A DNA stretch of 32,403 nucleotides, taken from an uncultured Gammaproteobacteria bacterium. Its GTDB lineage: Bacteria; Patescibacteriota; Patescibacteriia; JACQRZ01. This document shows positions 8,949 to 17,354 of this stretch, piece after piece. The stretch covers positions 1-32,403 of the forward strand of contig CAYHKW010000002.1 of assembly GCA_964357385.1 (NCBI GenBank), given 5' to 3'. Both the position numbers and the translations under genes were made by a program. Every line of letters starts with the position of its first letter. Position 1 is the stretch's first letter. Below the pieces are notes generated by a model that had not been told where the DNA came from, made no database searches, and saw only the letters and a program-made list of their open reading frames with translations.

Positions 8949-9803
8949 CTATTGAAGCGGTACGTAGATAATCTCTATGTCCGCTTCTTTTAATATTGAT
9001 TCGGCATCAAGAGCGGAATATCCTTGCGAATAGTAGACACTATTGATCCCTGCATGCTTTATGAGGCGTGCACATGTCGGACATGGAAACGTGCTGGCAT
9101 ATATCGCGGATCCCTTTAGACTTATCCCTTCTCGAGCAGCTGAAGCTATGACACCAGCCTCTGCATGAATGCTCGTATAATAGTGTGGTCCCTGACCCAC
9201 ATCATAATTATTTCGTGGATCACCAAGAGCATACGGTGAGTGAGCATCGGGCATATGACGATTATGTCCACTGAACAACACTTCGCCATCTTTAACAAGC
9301 ACCGCCCCAACTTGGCGCCACCAATCTGAACTCTGATCTGCAGCAATCTTTGCCATAGAAACAAAAGAAATATCATTGCTGTCTCGCGACACTTTTCTGT
9401 CTGGGCTTATTTCATATTCTTTTTCAGTAATCTTTTTATCCCATCGGAGAAAAATATTTTTAATATCCATCTTATGATTTGAAAAATATCTACTTACAAT
9501 CTCGTCAGTAATATCTTCATCGGGCGCAATAAGTTGTAAAGATTTATTCAAAGCAAGCTCCTTTGCAATTACTGGCGTGAGCTCATTGACTGACGGAAGG
9601 ATATTCAAAGCCATGATCGCCGCGTTCATTGTTGTGGTATCTAATGCTCGGATATCACGCCCATAATACGGCTGATCGATTGCAATCTCACGTATCATAC
9701 TATCCCCTATCAAATACAAATCATGCGGATATTCTCTAAAGAGCTTTATATATCCACTATGGAGAACAGGAACATATGCGATAAGAATGGGGTTATTCGG
9801 CAT
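8949..9803 (-). CDS. dCMP (deoxycytidylate) deaminase with ~150-aa uncharacterised N-terminal domain
   Basis: The C-terminal half carries the zinc deaminase motifs SIHAEAGVI and TFPCPTCARLIKHAGI. I cannot assign the N-terminal half (PILIAYVPVLHSGYIKLF...); its HSGY is only reminiscent of an HxGH nucleotidyltransferase motif. Confidence 0.85.
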   Translation of the reverse strand: MPNNPILIAYVPVLHSGYIKLFREYPHDLYLIGDSMIREIAIDQPYYGRDIRALDTTTMNAAIMALNILPSVNELTPVIAKELALNKSLQLIAPDEDITDEIVSRYFSNHKMDIKNIFLRWDKKITEKEYEISPDRKVSRDSNDISFVSMAKIAADQSSDWWRQVGAVLVKDGEVLFSGHNRHMPDAHSPYALGDPRNNYDVGQGPHYYTSIHAEAGVIASAAREGISLKGSAIYASTFPCPTCARLIKHAGINSVYYSQGYSALDAESILKEADIEIIYVPLQ

Positions 9804-10377
9804 GCCGTATTTTATTCATGAATTCATCAACCGCTTTTTTAATTTGTTCTGCCATCTGGAGAGCACCTTCAATAGTTAGTAGTCTGATGCGAGCTGACGT
9901 TGAGGTTATGGCCTGTGGTGGAAGGCACACAATTTGCCCGCAATCACTCCCGTACTCTATCGCCATTTCGTGAGTAAAATCCTTTGTACTCTCTGATACG
10001 ATAAGAACATCTGGCTTGATCAGACGAATCAGATCTCCTGCCTCATGATACTCATGACGAAGCGTAACAATATCGACATGGCGAAGATGCATTAGCATAC
10101 CAAGACGCTCCACTTCCGGCACGATGTGACGAAGATGACCCTTTCGTTTTTTAGTAAGATTATCAGAATCAACACCGACTATCAGCAGATCCCCATATGA
10201 TTTTGCTTTTTTTAGATATAATGCATGGCCTTCATGAATAAGATCATACACTCCTTGTGTTAGTACAATTTTGCGACCAACACTCTTAAGTTCCTCAACC
10301 GTACTCTTTAATTCATCATAATTTGCAATATGCATGGGGGCGTCCAAAATGCGTGACACGATGTCTTGTGCTGCCAT
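9793..10377 (-). CDS. cytidylyltransferase-fold nucleotidyltransferase (TagD / RfaE domain II-like)
   Basis: GVYDLIHEGHALYL (HxGH), VGVDSD, RHVDIV and ITSTSARIR (compare the ISTT motif). Overlaps the deaminase start by 11 nt. Confidence 0.75.
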   Translation of the reverse strand: MAAQDIVSRILDAPMHIANYDELKSTVEELKSVGRKIVLTQGVYDLIHEGHALYLKKAKSYGDLLIVGVDSDNLTKKRKGHLRHIVPEVERLGMLMHLRHVDIVTLRHEYHEAGDLIRLIKPDVLIVSESTKDFTHEMAIEYGSDCGQIVCLPPQAITSTSARIRLLTIEGALQMAEQIKKAVDEFMNKIRHAE

Positions 10378-10381
10378 ATAA

Positions 10382-10804
10382 CTATAGTGTTATGTTTCCG
10401 ATACTCTCCACACTCACCCACGCGGACGCCATACCAAACCCTTTCTTATTAATTTGAAATGGGCTCACAGGTTCGGGATTATTGAGACGTATAAGAATAC
10501 AATACCGTGGAGTCCTACCCCATGTTAGCGGATCATTGTTAACCAGGCAAATATCGTTGCCGTATTCTTTGATAATCGCAACAATGTCTTGAACTGAAAT
10601 AATCTCAAACTGCATTACTTCACCTATCTTTGCCTTAACGGTAATCTGCTCACCACTATTTTTAAAATACACTGTATCCCCTGCTTTGATATGATTCCAA
10701 GGTAATCGTCGTGTCTGATACCATCGTGACTCTATTGTTTTTTGCCCTGAAAGAATCTTGGGGATGAGATTCCAGGATTTCTTCATGATCGCTACATGAT
10801 CCAT
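10382..10804 (-). CDS. ASCH (PUA-like) domain protein
   Basis: 140 aa with ILSGQKTIESRW...IKAGDTVYFK...PRYCILIRL...PFQINKKGFG, the typical ASCH family pattern. Confidence 0.7.
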   Translation of the reverse strand: MDHVAIMKKSWNLIPKILSGQKTIESRWYQTRRLPWNHIKAGDTVYFKNSGEQITVKAKIGEVMQFEIISVQDIVAIIKEYGNDICLVNNDPLTWGRTPRYCILIRLNNPEPVSPFQINKKGFGMASAWVSVESIGNITL

Positions 10805-10815
10805 AGAGTTTTGGA

Positions 10816-12180
10816 CTACAATCCCATCTGGTTCAAAAATTGACTCACCTGCCTATCGATCCAGCAAAAACGTTTTTCGATAGGTTTTCGTAAAACAAGG
10901 CCTTCCAATGAAGTGCAACGACTTAAAGCAACATAAGTCTGACCGGCTGAAAACGCTCCGCGCTCCATATCAACAATCACCCGCTCAAATGTTTTTCCCT
11001 GACTCTTATGAATGGTAATTGCCCATGCCAGTTTCAAGGGGTATTGAGTAAAGGATGCCACTGCTTCTGAGGTAATATTTCCTGCTGTATTATCAAAAGA
11101 AAAACGAAAGAGATCCCATCGATGACGCTTCACCGTAACAAGGTTGCCATTTTCTAAACGCACAAGAATTTCAGATTCATTTTCTTCATCATCATCTGAC
11201 TCCTCATCGCCAAATACCGCGTTGACCTTCATATTAGTAATATTCTCAATGACACCGATAGAACCATTCACCCACTGACTTTCAGGGTCATTATTGAGAA
11301 GCATAACCTGTGCTCCTTTTTTGAGACGGAGAACCGTATCAGTCGGCAAATCACGCTCTTCCATTGAGCCTTTGATAGTTCCGATGAATGTGCATTCACG
11401 GCCGGGGCGCTTAGCAAGCTCTTCGCTATTAATTTCCGCTGCATTTTTGTTCGTGGTGGTGAGGGTGATATAGCCTGAGGTTGGACCCGGTTCAAACAAG
11501 CGATTAACCCTCGTATTTAATTCCTCAAGATGAGCTCGGGTAACGGTCGTATCACGAATCGCGTTAAGTATGGAAATAAACTGGGTGTCGCGCTGACGGT
11601 AAATAGTATCCAGCTGGAACGATGCTATGTCAAAATCAGTAACCGTGTTAAAAAGATTGTGGTCCTGCGCCCACCCTTTTGCCGAAAAAAAGTACGGAGT
11701 TTCATAAAAATCACTGAACATTTCCTTTTCCTGTGCCGTAACGACGGGTGGCAACTGGTACAGATCCCCTATCATAATCATCTGTACGCCGCCAAAAGCA
11801 ACATGTTTTGTTTTACCCTTTATGCGCATAAATTGATCAACGCAGTCTAAGAGATCAGCGCGCACCATTGATATTTCGTCAATCACGATCGCATCAAGAT
11901 TTTTGTAAATATCATCAGCATTTGATTGTGCTGATTTTTTTGCTTTTAAAATCGTAACATCGGGCTTAAACCCAAAAAAAGAGTGAATCGTTTGTCCTTT
12001 TACATTGATTGCGGCAACCCCCGTCGGTGCCAGGACAACGATTTTTTTCTTGGTGTTATTTCGGAAATGATCGAGTAACGTTGACTTTCCAGTCCCCGCT
12101 CGCCCTGTAAGAAAAATATGCCGTGAAGTATTCTCCATGGCATCGAGTGCTGTTTTGAATTGTTCGTTTATTTCAATCAT
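10816..12180 (-). CDS. PIF1/RecD-like SF1B DNA helicase
   Basis: 454 aa with Walker A GRAGTGKST, LAPTGVAAINVKGQTIHSFFG, Walker B VIDEISMV, GDLYQLPPV, and C-terminal ITIHKSQGKTF and YVALSRC. Confidence 0.85.
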   Translation of the reverse strand: MIEINEQFKTALDAMENTSRHIFLTGRAGTGKSTLLDHFRNNTKKKIVVLAPTGVAAINVKGQTIHSFFGFKPDVTILKAKKSAQSNADDIYKNLDAIVIDEISMVRADLLDCVDQFMRIKGKTKHVAFGGVQMIMIGDLYQLPPVVTAQEKEMFSDFYETPYFFSAKGWAQDHNLFNTVTDFDIASFQLDTIYRQRDTQFISILNAIRDTTVTRAHLEELNTRVNRLFEPGPTSGYITLTTTNKNAAEINSEELAKRPGRECTFIGTIKGSMEERDLPTDTVLRLKKGAQVMLLNNDPESQWVNGSIGVIENITNMKVNAVFGDEESDDDEENESEILVRLENGNLVTVKRHRWDLFRFSFDNTAGNITSEAVASFTQYPLKLAWAITIHKSQGKTFERVIVDMERGAFSAGQTYVALSRCTSLEGLVLRKPIEKRFCWIDRQVSQFLNQMGL

Positions 12181-12199
12181 GATCTAAGTCCTTGTTAAG

Positions 12200-12976
12200 T
12201 TACTGCTTCAGCCCTAATCCTTTTTTAAGCAGATAGAGGTTAATGAGCGTCAAAATTATTGCCAATCCAAACAACACTGCAAATGATGTGCTCAAGGACA
12301 CATCAGACACACCGGTAACGCCATAGCGAAATCCATTGATGAGGTAGAAGATAGGATTCGCATACATGAGGGTATGCCATATGCCTGTTAAACTTTCGGT
12401 TGAATAAAATACGCCACCCAAATACACCAAGGGTGTCAGCACAAATGTCGGAACAATCATGATGCCGTCAAAACTTTTTGCATAGATACCATTGATCAAC
12501 CCAGCAAGAGAAAAAATAAGTCCAGTGAGGAGAAGAAACAAAACAACAATAGCAATGTTTGCTAATGCCAGATGGGTAAATAAAAATGAAATCATAAGCA
12601 CCAAAAGACCGACAAGCGTACCGCGAATAATCCCCGTAGTGACAAACGCAGAAATAATAACCCATGGCGGTGTGGGAGAAACCAGTATCTCATCAATGTT
12701 TCTTGAAAAGAACTTTGACATAAAAAACACCATCGCCACATTGGTAAAGGAATTCGTCACTACCGCAAGCATCACAAGACCGGGCACCACAAACGCAATA
12801 TAGGGCAGGCCTTCAATATCGCCGATACGCGATCCTAAAAAAGCACCGAAAATTAAAAAGTACAGCACCGATGTTATTACCGACGGTAAAAACGTCTGTG
12901 TCCATATGCGAAATACGCGGATCAACTCCTTGCGCACAATGGTGTAATACGAGATAAATAATCCTTGCAAATTCAT
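12200..12976 (-). CDS. ABC-2 type exporter permease
   Basis: 258 aa, about six hydrophobic spans. Sits 1 nt downstream of the ATPase gene. Confidence 0.8.
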   Translation of the reverse strand: MNLQGLFISYYTIVRKELIRVFRIWTQTFLPSVITSVLYFLIFGAFLGSRIGDIEGLPYIAFVVPGLVMLAVVTNSFTNVAMVFFMSKFFSRNIDEILVSPTPPWVIISAFVTTGIIRGTLVGLLVLMISFLFTHLALANIAIVVLFLLLTGLIFSLAGLINGIYAKSFDGIMIVPTFVLTPLVYLGGVFYSTESLTGIWHTLMYANPIFYLINGFRYGVTGVSDVSLSTSFAVLFGLAIILTLINLYLLKKGLGLKQ

Positions 12977-12977
12977 A

Positions 12978-13901
12978 TTATTGTTTACTGTCGGTAAGCC
13001 TTAAAAACACTTCTTCAAGCCGGCCGCTCTTGTTTCGTATCGTAACGACCGCTATGGTATGCCGCTCCAACAAAAGAACCACATCGGACAGTCTTTGTTC
13101 TTTTGCTAAGTCCACTTCAATCGTGTGTTCGTCAACTCTTCGCGCGTTATACATACCCAATGTAGAAATTACCGCATCGGGTATGGCCGCTGTGCAATCG
13201 AGAATCAATGTTTCATGCTGTAGCTTGCTCAAGAGTTCCTTCATAGTACCATGAGCAATAATGCTTCCTTTTTGAATGATGGCAATGTTATTGCATAGCT
13301 GCTCTGCTTCTTCCAAGTAATGCGTCGTAAGAAGAATCGTAACCCCCTGCGCGGTCAGCGTCTTAAGAAATTCCCACATGCCGTGCCGAAGTTCAACATC
13401 CACCCCTGCGGTTGGTTCATCGAGAATCAAAAATCGAGGCTCGTGGATAAGCGCACGCGCGATAAGCAGCCGCCGTTTCATTCCCCCTGAAAGCCGTAGT
13501 GATATCTCGTTACGTTTTTCATACAAACCAAGTTTTTTCAATAGCTCTTCCGCACGAGGAAGTGCGACACGACGAGAAATACCATAATAACCAGCCTGGT
13601 TGACGACGATATCAATCACTTTTTCAAAAATATTAAAATTCATCTCCTGGGGAACAAGACCAATATGCTCACGGGCTTTTTCTGGCTCTTTTTGGATATC
13701 TACTCCAAACACCTGAACAGTGCCTCCTGTCATCGTAACAAGTCCAGTCGTCACCCCAATCAACGTTGTCTTGCCCGCACCATTGGGACCCAGCAATGCA
13801 AAAAAATCACCAGCGGGAATTTCTAATGAAACACCTGATAGTGCGTGCGTACCGTTTGCATAGGTTTTCTGTAGGCCTTGTATTGAGAGTGCTGGTTTCA
13901 T
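12978..13901 (-). CDS. ABC transporter ATP-binding protein (ABC-2 exporter subfamily)
   Basis: 307 aa with GPNGAGKTT, LSGGMKRRLLIARAL, ILDEPTAGVD and TTHYLEEAE. Confidence 0.95.
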   Translation of the reverse strand: MKPALSIQGLQKTYANGTHALSGVSLEIPAGDFFALLGPNGAGKTTLIGVTTGLVTMTGGTVQVFGVDIQKEPEKAREHIGLVPQEMNFNIFEKVIDIVVNQAGYYGISRRVALPRAEELLKKLGLYEKRNEISLRLSGGMKRRLLIARALIHEPRFLILDEPTAGVDVELRHGMWEFLKTLTAQGVTILLTTHYLEEAEQLCNNIAIIQKGSIIAHGTMKELLSKLQHETLILDCTAAIPDAVISTLGMYNARRVDEHTIEVDLAKEQRLSDVVLLLERHTIAVVTIRNKSGRLEEVFLRLTDSKQ

Positions 13902-13910
13902 AGTACGACT

Positions 13911-13938
13911 ATCATACCCGATGTGCGTGGTTTTGCAA
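13911..13938 (-). promoter_or_regulatory. candidate promoter of the ABC-PIF1-ASCH-NTase-deaminase unit
   Basis: Minus strand reads TTGCAA (13938-13933), 16-nt spacer, TATGAT (13916-13911). The -10 ends 9 nt before the ATG, so the mRNA has a very short leader or none. Confidence 0.4.
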
Positions 13939-13998
13939 GTATATGAATTACCACTATCAAAAGCGGTTCTATGTGGTAAGTAATTTTATTCTCTATTT

Positions 13999-14565
13999 TT
14001 AACTGCGAACAATAATCCTCAAAAAATTTTGAAATATTTCATTGCCATAACTTCTCTCTCCAAACATTTCAGGATGAAATTGTACTGCATAAATAGGCCT
14101 CGTTTTATGCTTAAACGCTTCGATTCCATCTTTTGAACGCGCAAGCACTGTCATCTCATCAGTCGGCTCCTTAACAACCCAACAATGACTCTCAAACACC
14201 TGAAAAGATGCAGTATCAAATAATAGTTCACCTGGTTCAGTAGCTTGAATATCCACCATACCATGCTCTTTTGCTTCCATGCGCTCAAGTCTTCCACTAA
14301 AAACATGGGCAATCAATTCAAAGCCGAAACAGATTCCAAAAATTGGCTTTTGAGAATTTTTAACAAGATCAATCTCCTTTTGAAATTGTCTCTCGTTCCC
14401 AATCAGAGGAATATCATGGCCTCCAGAAAGAACAAATATATCAAAATCTTTAAGATCTAGCGAATCCAACTCGAAATATTTAGCCACTTCAACAGTGTGC
14501 CCAAAAAGAAGATTTTTAAGCTGAGGAAGATAACTTGTACCGTTGTCTATGAGTAAAATATTCAT
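13999..14565 (-). CDS. stand-alone class I glutamine amidotransferase (GuaA/TrpG-type GATase1)
   Basis: 188 aa with nucleophile elbow FGICFGFE and the His/Glu pair in VQFHPE. Confidence 0.8.
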   Translation of the reverse strand: MNILLIDNGTSYLPQLKNLLFGHTVEVAKYFELDSLDLKDFDIFVLSGGHDIPLIGNERQFQKEIDLVKNSQKPIFGICFGFELIAHVFSGRLERMEAKEHGMVDIQATEPGELLFDTASFQVFESHCWVVKEPTDEMTVLARSKDGIEAFKHKTRPIYAVQFHPEMFGERSYGNEIFQNFLRIIVRS

Positions 14566-14567
14566 AG

Positions 14568-15098
14568 CTATCTTTCAAGGTGTTTATCTGATTGCGCTCT
14601 ATTCAAAACCTTCTGCACAAATTCGCTTTTTCCCTGATTGTATATTTTGCTTCGTGACAAATCGTCAAAATCCGATTCAGGAGTTTTAGATAAATTTTTT
14701 AGTTTGAGGTCCTGGTATTCTTTTACCACATCAGGGTGGGTGCGTAAATAATCGCGAAATGTTATGTTCCGATTCCAAAACGTATGCTGGGGACATGCAA
14801 TCGAAAGATGGTACTCAACCGGATTTCCTTTCCTGAAAAATATACGCTCTACTGATGACATATCCGACTTGTATTCGTAGCCTAGAGATTCTACTTTTTT
14901 TACAAAATATTCAATACCCTCGATCGAATCAACCAAGACAGCCATATCGATGATCGGCTTTGCGGAAAGTCCTGGAATGGCAGTACTACCAATATGCTGG
15001 ATGTCGATTACATCACTTCCAAGAACATCGCGAATGCGTTGCGATTCCTGTACGTACTTTTCTGTCCATTGCGGATTGTATTCTTGGAAGTGGATCAT
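14568..15098 (-). CDS. GrpB family protein (UPF0157, nucleotidyltransferase fold)
   Basis: 176 aa with IQHIGSTAIPGLSAKPIIDMAVLV, YHLSI and FRDYLRTHPDVVKEY. Confidence 0.75.
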   Translation of the reverse strand: MIHFQEYNPQWTEKYVQESQRIRDVLGSDVIDIQHIGSTAIPGLSAKPIIDMAVLVDSIEGIEYFVKKVESLGYEYKSDMSSVERIFFRKGNPVEYHLSIACPQHTFWNRNITFRDYLRTHPDVVKEYQDLKLKNLSKTPESDFDDLSRSKIYNQGKSEFVQKVLNRAQSDKHLER

Positions 15099-15116
15099 AT
15101 CTCTGATATTTTTACA

Positions 15117-15527
15117 CTATTCAAATGAAGGCCTAAAACCAGTATTATACAGATTTTGTGTCGCCAAAAAGAGCGGCTGTGGCAGTTCGTCCCAATCGAA
15201 CCAATCCCACCGCTCGCATTTGTCTGGTTCATTATTAATAACATCACCCGCATCATACTCCGCAACCATAATGATGGTCACATAATGCTTCCCGTCTATT
15301 GGAAAGATATCATTTGTTGCTGTCGCAAAACGGACATTTTTTATACGAATACCTGCCTCTTCATCTGTCTCTCTTCGCGCGCATTCTTCCCAAGATTCTC
15401 CAAAATCCAAGTGACCGCCAGGGAAGCACCAAGTCCCGGCCCCATGACTGCCAATACGTTTACCGACCAGCACTTTTCCTTCTTTTACAATGATGACTCC
15501 AAGTCCAACACGAGGATTATTTTCCAT
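15117..15527 (-). CDS. NUDIX hydrolase
   Basis: Nudix box GGHLDFGESWEECARRETDEEAGI. 136 aa. Confidence 0.85.
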   Translation of the reverse strand: MENNPRVGLGVIIVKEGKVLVGKRIGSHGAGTWCFPGGHLDFGESWEECARRETDEEAGIRIKNVRFATATNDIFPIDGKHYVTIIMVAEYDAGDVINNEPDKCERWDWFDWDELPQPLFLATQNLYNTGFRPSFE

Positions 15528-15531
15528 AATA

Positions 15532-16218
15532 TTATATTCTTTTTAAATACACTACGCCTCCTTCGCTCGTTTCCGCTTTCAAAACAAAGTTAAATCTGTC
15601 GAGTGCCATACACAATGCAAAATCCTCTTCGGGGTGCGAATCTCTAGCCGGATCAAAAAAGTGATTTGCATATCCTTCTTTTTTCAAATGATCGACGATT
15701 GCCTCAAAATCATTCGACTCCCCTAACAGTATATTTTTAATATATCTGGCGCATACCGCATCTTCATCAGCAATGTGTTCATTTGCACTACCCGTACACA
15801 CCAACGAGACAGTGTTTGGGTTTCGTGATTGGATATAACGAATAATGGCGCCAGCATTTACAAATGCTCCGGTAATAATTTCCTCAGTACTGTGTGCGCT
15901 GACGACTCCCTTAGTCCCAGCACTGGTGGTAAAAATTATTGTCTTGCCCGTGAGGTCAACGCCGCTCAACTTCCATGGCGAATTACCAAACTGCGCTCCG
16001 GGAATAATATGCCCACCCCGCTCCCCTACCAATATAAACTCGGGGTGCTTTTCTTTTAGATCATATGCCGATTGCTTGTCGCCGGTTACGATAATTCGCT
16101 CAGCTCCCTGTTCACTCATATAGCACGCAGTCGAAAAGGCGCGGAACACATCAATCACCACAGTAAGTCCTGTAGCTTGTTGTGCGCCTTCCTTTCTTTG
16201 GAGGATGTTGACGGTCAT
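15532..16218 (-). CDS. 2-phosphosulfolactate phosphatase (ComB) family protein
   Basis: 228 aa with VVIDVFRAFSTACY, LVGERGG and FGNSP motifs. Confidence 0.75.
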   Translation of the reverse strand: MTVNILQRKEGAQQATGLTVVIDVFRAFSTACYMSEQGAERIIVTGDKQSAYDLKEKHPEFILVGERGGHIIPGAQFGNSPWKLSGVDLTGKTIIFTTSAGTKGVVSAHSTEEIITGAFVNAGAIIRYIQSRNPNTVSLVCTGSANEHIADEDAVCARYIKNILLGESNDFEAIVDHLKKEGYANHFFDPARDSHPEEDFALCMALDRFNFVLKAETSEGGVVYLKRI

Positions 16219-16598
16219 AGACCCTGTTTCCTATACTCCCTTTTTATGCGCCAGTACTCGTCTTCAGTGCCGGGCTCTTGCTGGGTATTTCTCATCAGTT
16301 CGGCGGGGTATTTTTTCTGAACGTAAGCAAGTTTATCGCGCATTATCATTTCAGTGTCGAGTTCCAACAGTACTGACATTTCAATGCAATACAGCAGCAC
16401 ATCAGCAAGTTCTTTTTTAATTGCTTCAACTTTTTCTTGATCACCCCTCACTTCCTCAAGTGCGCGATTTTCCCATTGGAATAATTCCAATAATTCCGCG
16501 CCTTCAATCATTATCGACTTTGCCAAATCTGATGGGCGTAAATTGTGCCAATTTCTTTCTTTAAGATGATTATAAATATCTGCTTCAAGTTGTTTCAT
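16215..16598 (-). CDS. MazG-like all-alpha NTP pyrophosphohydrolase (dCTPase/DCTPP1-like)
   Basis: 127 aa. EGAELLELFQW and ELADVLLYCIE are the paired EExxE/D-type helices of MazG-like enzymes. Confidence 0.75.
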   Translation of the reverse strand: MKQLEADIYNHLKERNWHNLRPSDLAKSIMIEGAELLELFQWENRALEEVRGDQEKVEAIKKELADVLLYCIEMSVLLELDTEMIMRDKLAYVQKKYPAELMRNTQQEPGTEDEYWRIKREYRKQGL

Positions 16599-16600
16599 AT

Positions 16601-16843
16601 CTATTTGATAAAAGTAAACCGAGGCATCTCTTTTCCATCAACAGTTATGGTCTCTAAAAACATTGCTAATGGCCTTACCCACATCGTGTTTGCACCTTGC
16701 CCTTTCACTGGATCAGGATGATTATATACTACCATTTCTTCCAGTGTTTCACTGTGAAGTGCTACGCCAATCACCTCAACCATCGTACCTTTATAGTGTC
16801 GATATGTTCCGAATTTAAAATTGGTATTGAAAGGAAGGGTCAT
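16601..16843 (-). CDS. DUF1653 family protein
   Basis: 80 aa with YRHYKGTMVEVIGVALHSETLEEMVVY...WVRPLAMF, matching the family as I recall it. Confidence 0.65.
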   Translation of the reverse strand: MTLPFNTNFKFGTYRHYKGTMVEVIGVALHSETLEEMVVYNHPDPVKGQGANTMWVRPLAMFLETITVDGKEMPRFTFIK

Positions 16844-17064
16844 AGCGATGTTTCATAAAATTCACCCTCACTTAAATTTGCCTGTCGTAAAATTGAACGA
16901 AATGTGCCATATGGTACATCTTTCCCATGGATCGGGACCATCACCGTCAAAGTAGGATTTCCCACTTTTCGGTATTTTGAATGCGACCCACTTTGAGAGA
17001 CAAAAAAGAAGCCCCTACTCTCAAGGACTTTCAAAATCAAACGAAGAACGACAGGGCTAGGCAT
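16840..17064 (-). CDS. hicA: HicA-family mRNA interferase toxin
   Basis: 74 aa with LKVLESRGFFFVSQSGSHSKYRK...VPIHGKDVPYGTFRSILRQA (YcfA/HicA fold with the conserved His). Confidence 0.8.
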   Translation of the reverse strand: MPSPVVLRLILKVLESRGFFFVSQSGSHSKYRKVGNPTLTVMVPIHGKDVPYGTFRSILRQANLSEGEFYETSL

Positions 17065-17275
17065 GTTGGAGTGTTATGGAAGTGAGTACTGGATTTTGGA
17101 TCTCGCTTTTCTGAGGAAAAGGCTGATCTTGGAAATACAATTCAAGTGCTTCTTGAAGCATCTTCAAAGCCTCTTTTTTCGTTTTTCCAAAACTTGATAC
17201 GTCAACATCCAAACACTGTGAAACATAGTGTTTTCCTTCTTTCCAAACCACTGTTTGTAGGTCAATTGTTTTCAT
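17057..17275 (-). CDS. hicB: HicB-like antitoxin (UPF0150, no DNA-binding extension)
   Basis: 72 aa with VVWKEGKHYVSQCLDVDVSSFGKTKKEALKMLQEALELYF. Overlaps hicA by 8 nt. Confidence 0.65.
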   Translation of the reverse strand: MKTIDLQTVVWKEGKHYVSQCLDVDVSSFGKTKKEALKMLQEALELYFQDQPFPQKSEIQNPVLTSITLQHA

Positions 17276-17300
17276 ACTGCAATTATCATTTTACGCTGAT

Positions 17301-17329
17301 AGTATATATCTGAGAAGCGAGAGCGTCAA
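17301..17329 (-). promoter_or_regulatory. promoter of the hicB-to-GATase eight-gene unit
   Basis: Minus strand reads TTGACG (17329-17324), 17-nt spacer, TATACT (17306-17301), 25 nt upstream of the hicB ATG. Confidence 0.5.
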
Positions 17330-17354
17330 CTATATTCAAAGTAGCTAGTACACT

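Noticed and set aside
8949-9803. Deaminase fusion as an AvcD-type anti-phage dCTP deaminase
   Set aside because: Those proteins carry an N-terminal P-loop NTPase or kinase-like domain. No Walker A motif is present here. The gene fits a housekeeping dCMP-to-dUMP role next to thyA.
17301-17335. Purine-rich stretch GAGAAGCGAGAGCG as a degenerate direct repeat (att remnant) of the tRNA-Ser 3' end (GGAGGGCGAGGG)
   Set aside because: Only about 7 of 12 positions match, in a low-complexity context, and it coincides with the spacer of the hicB promoter. This is not distinguishable from chance.
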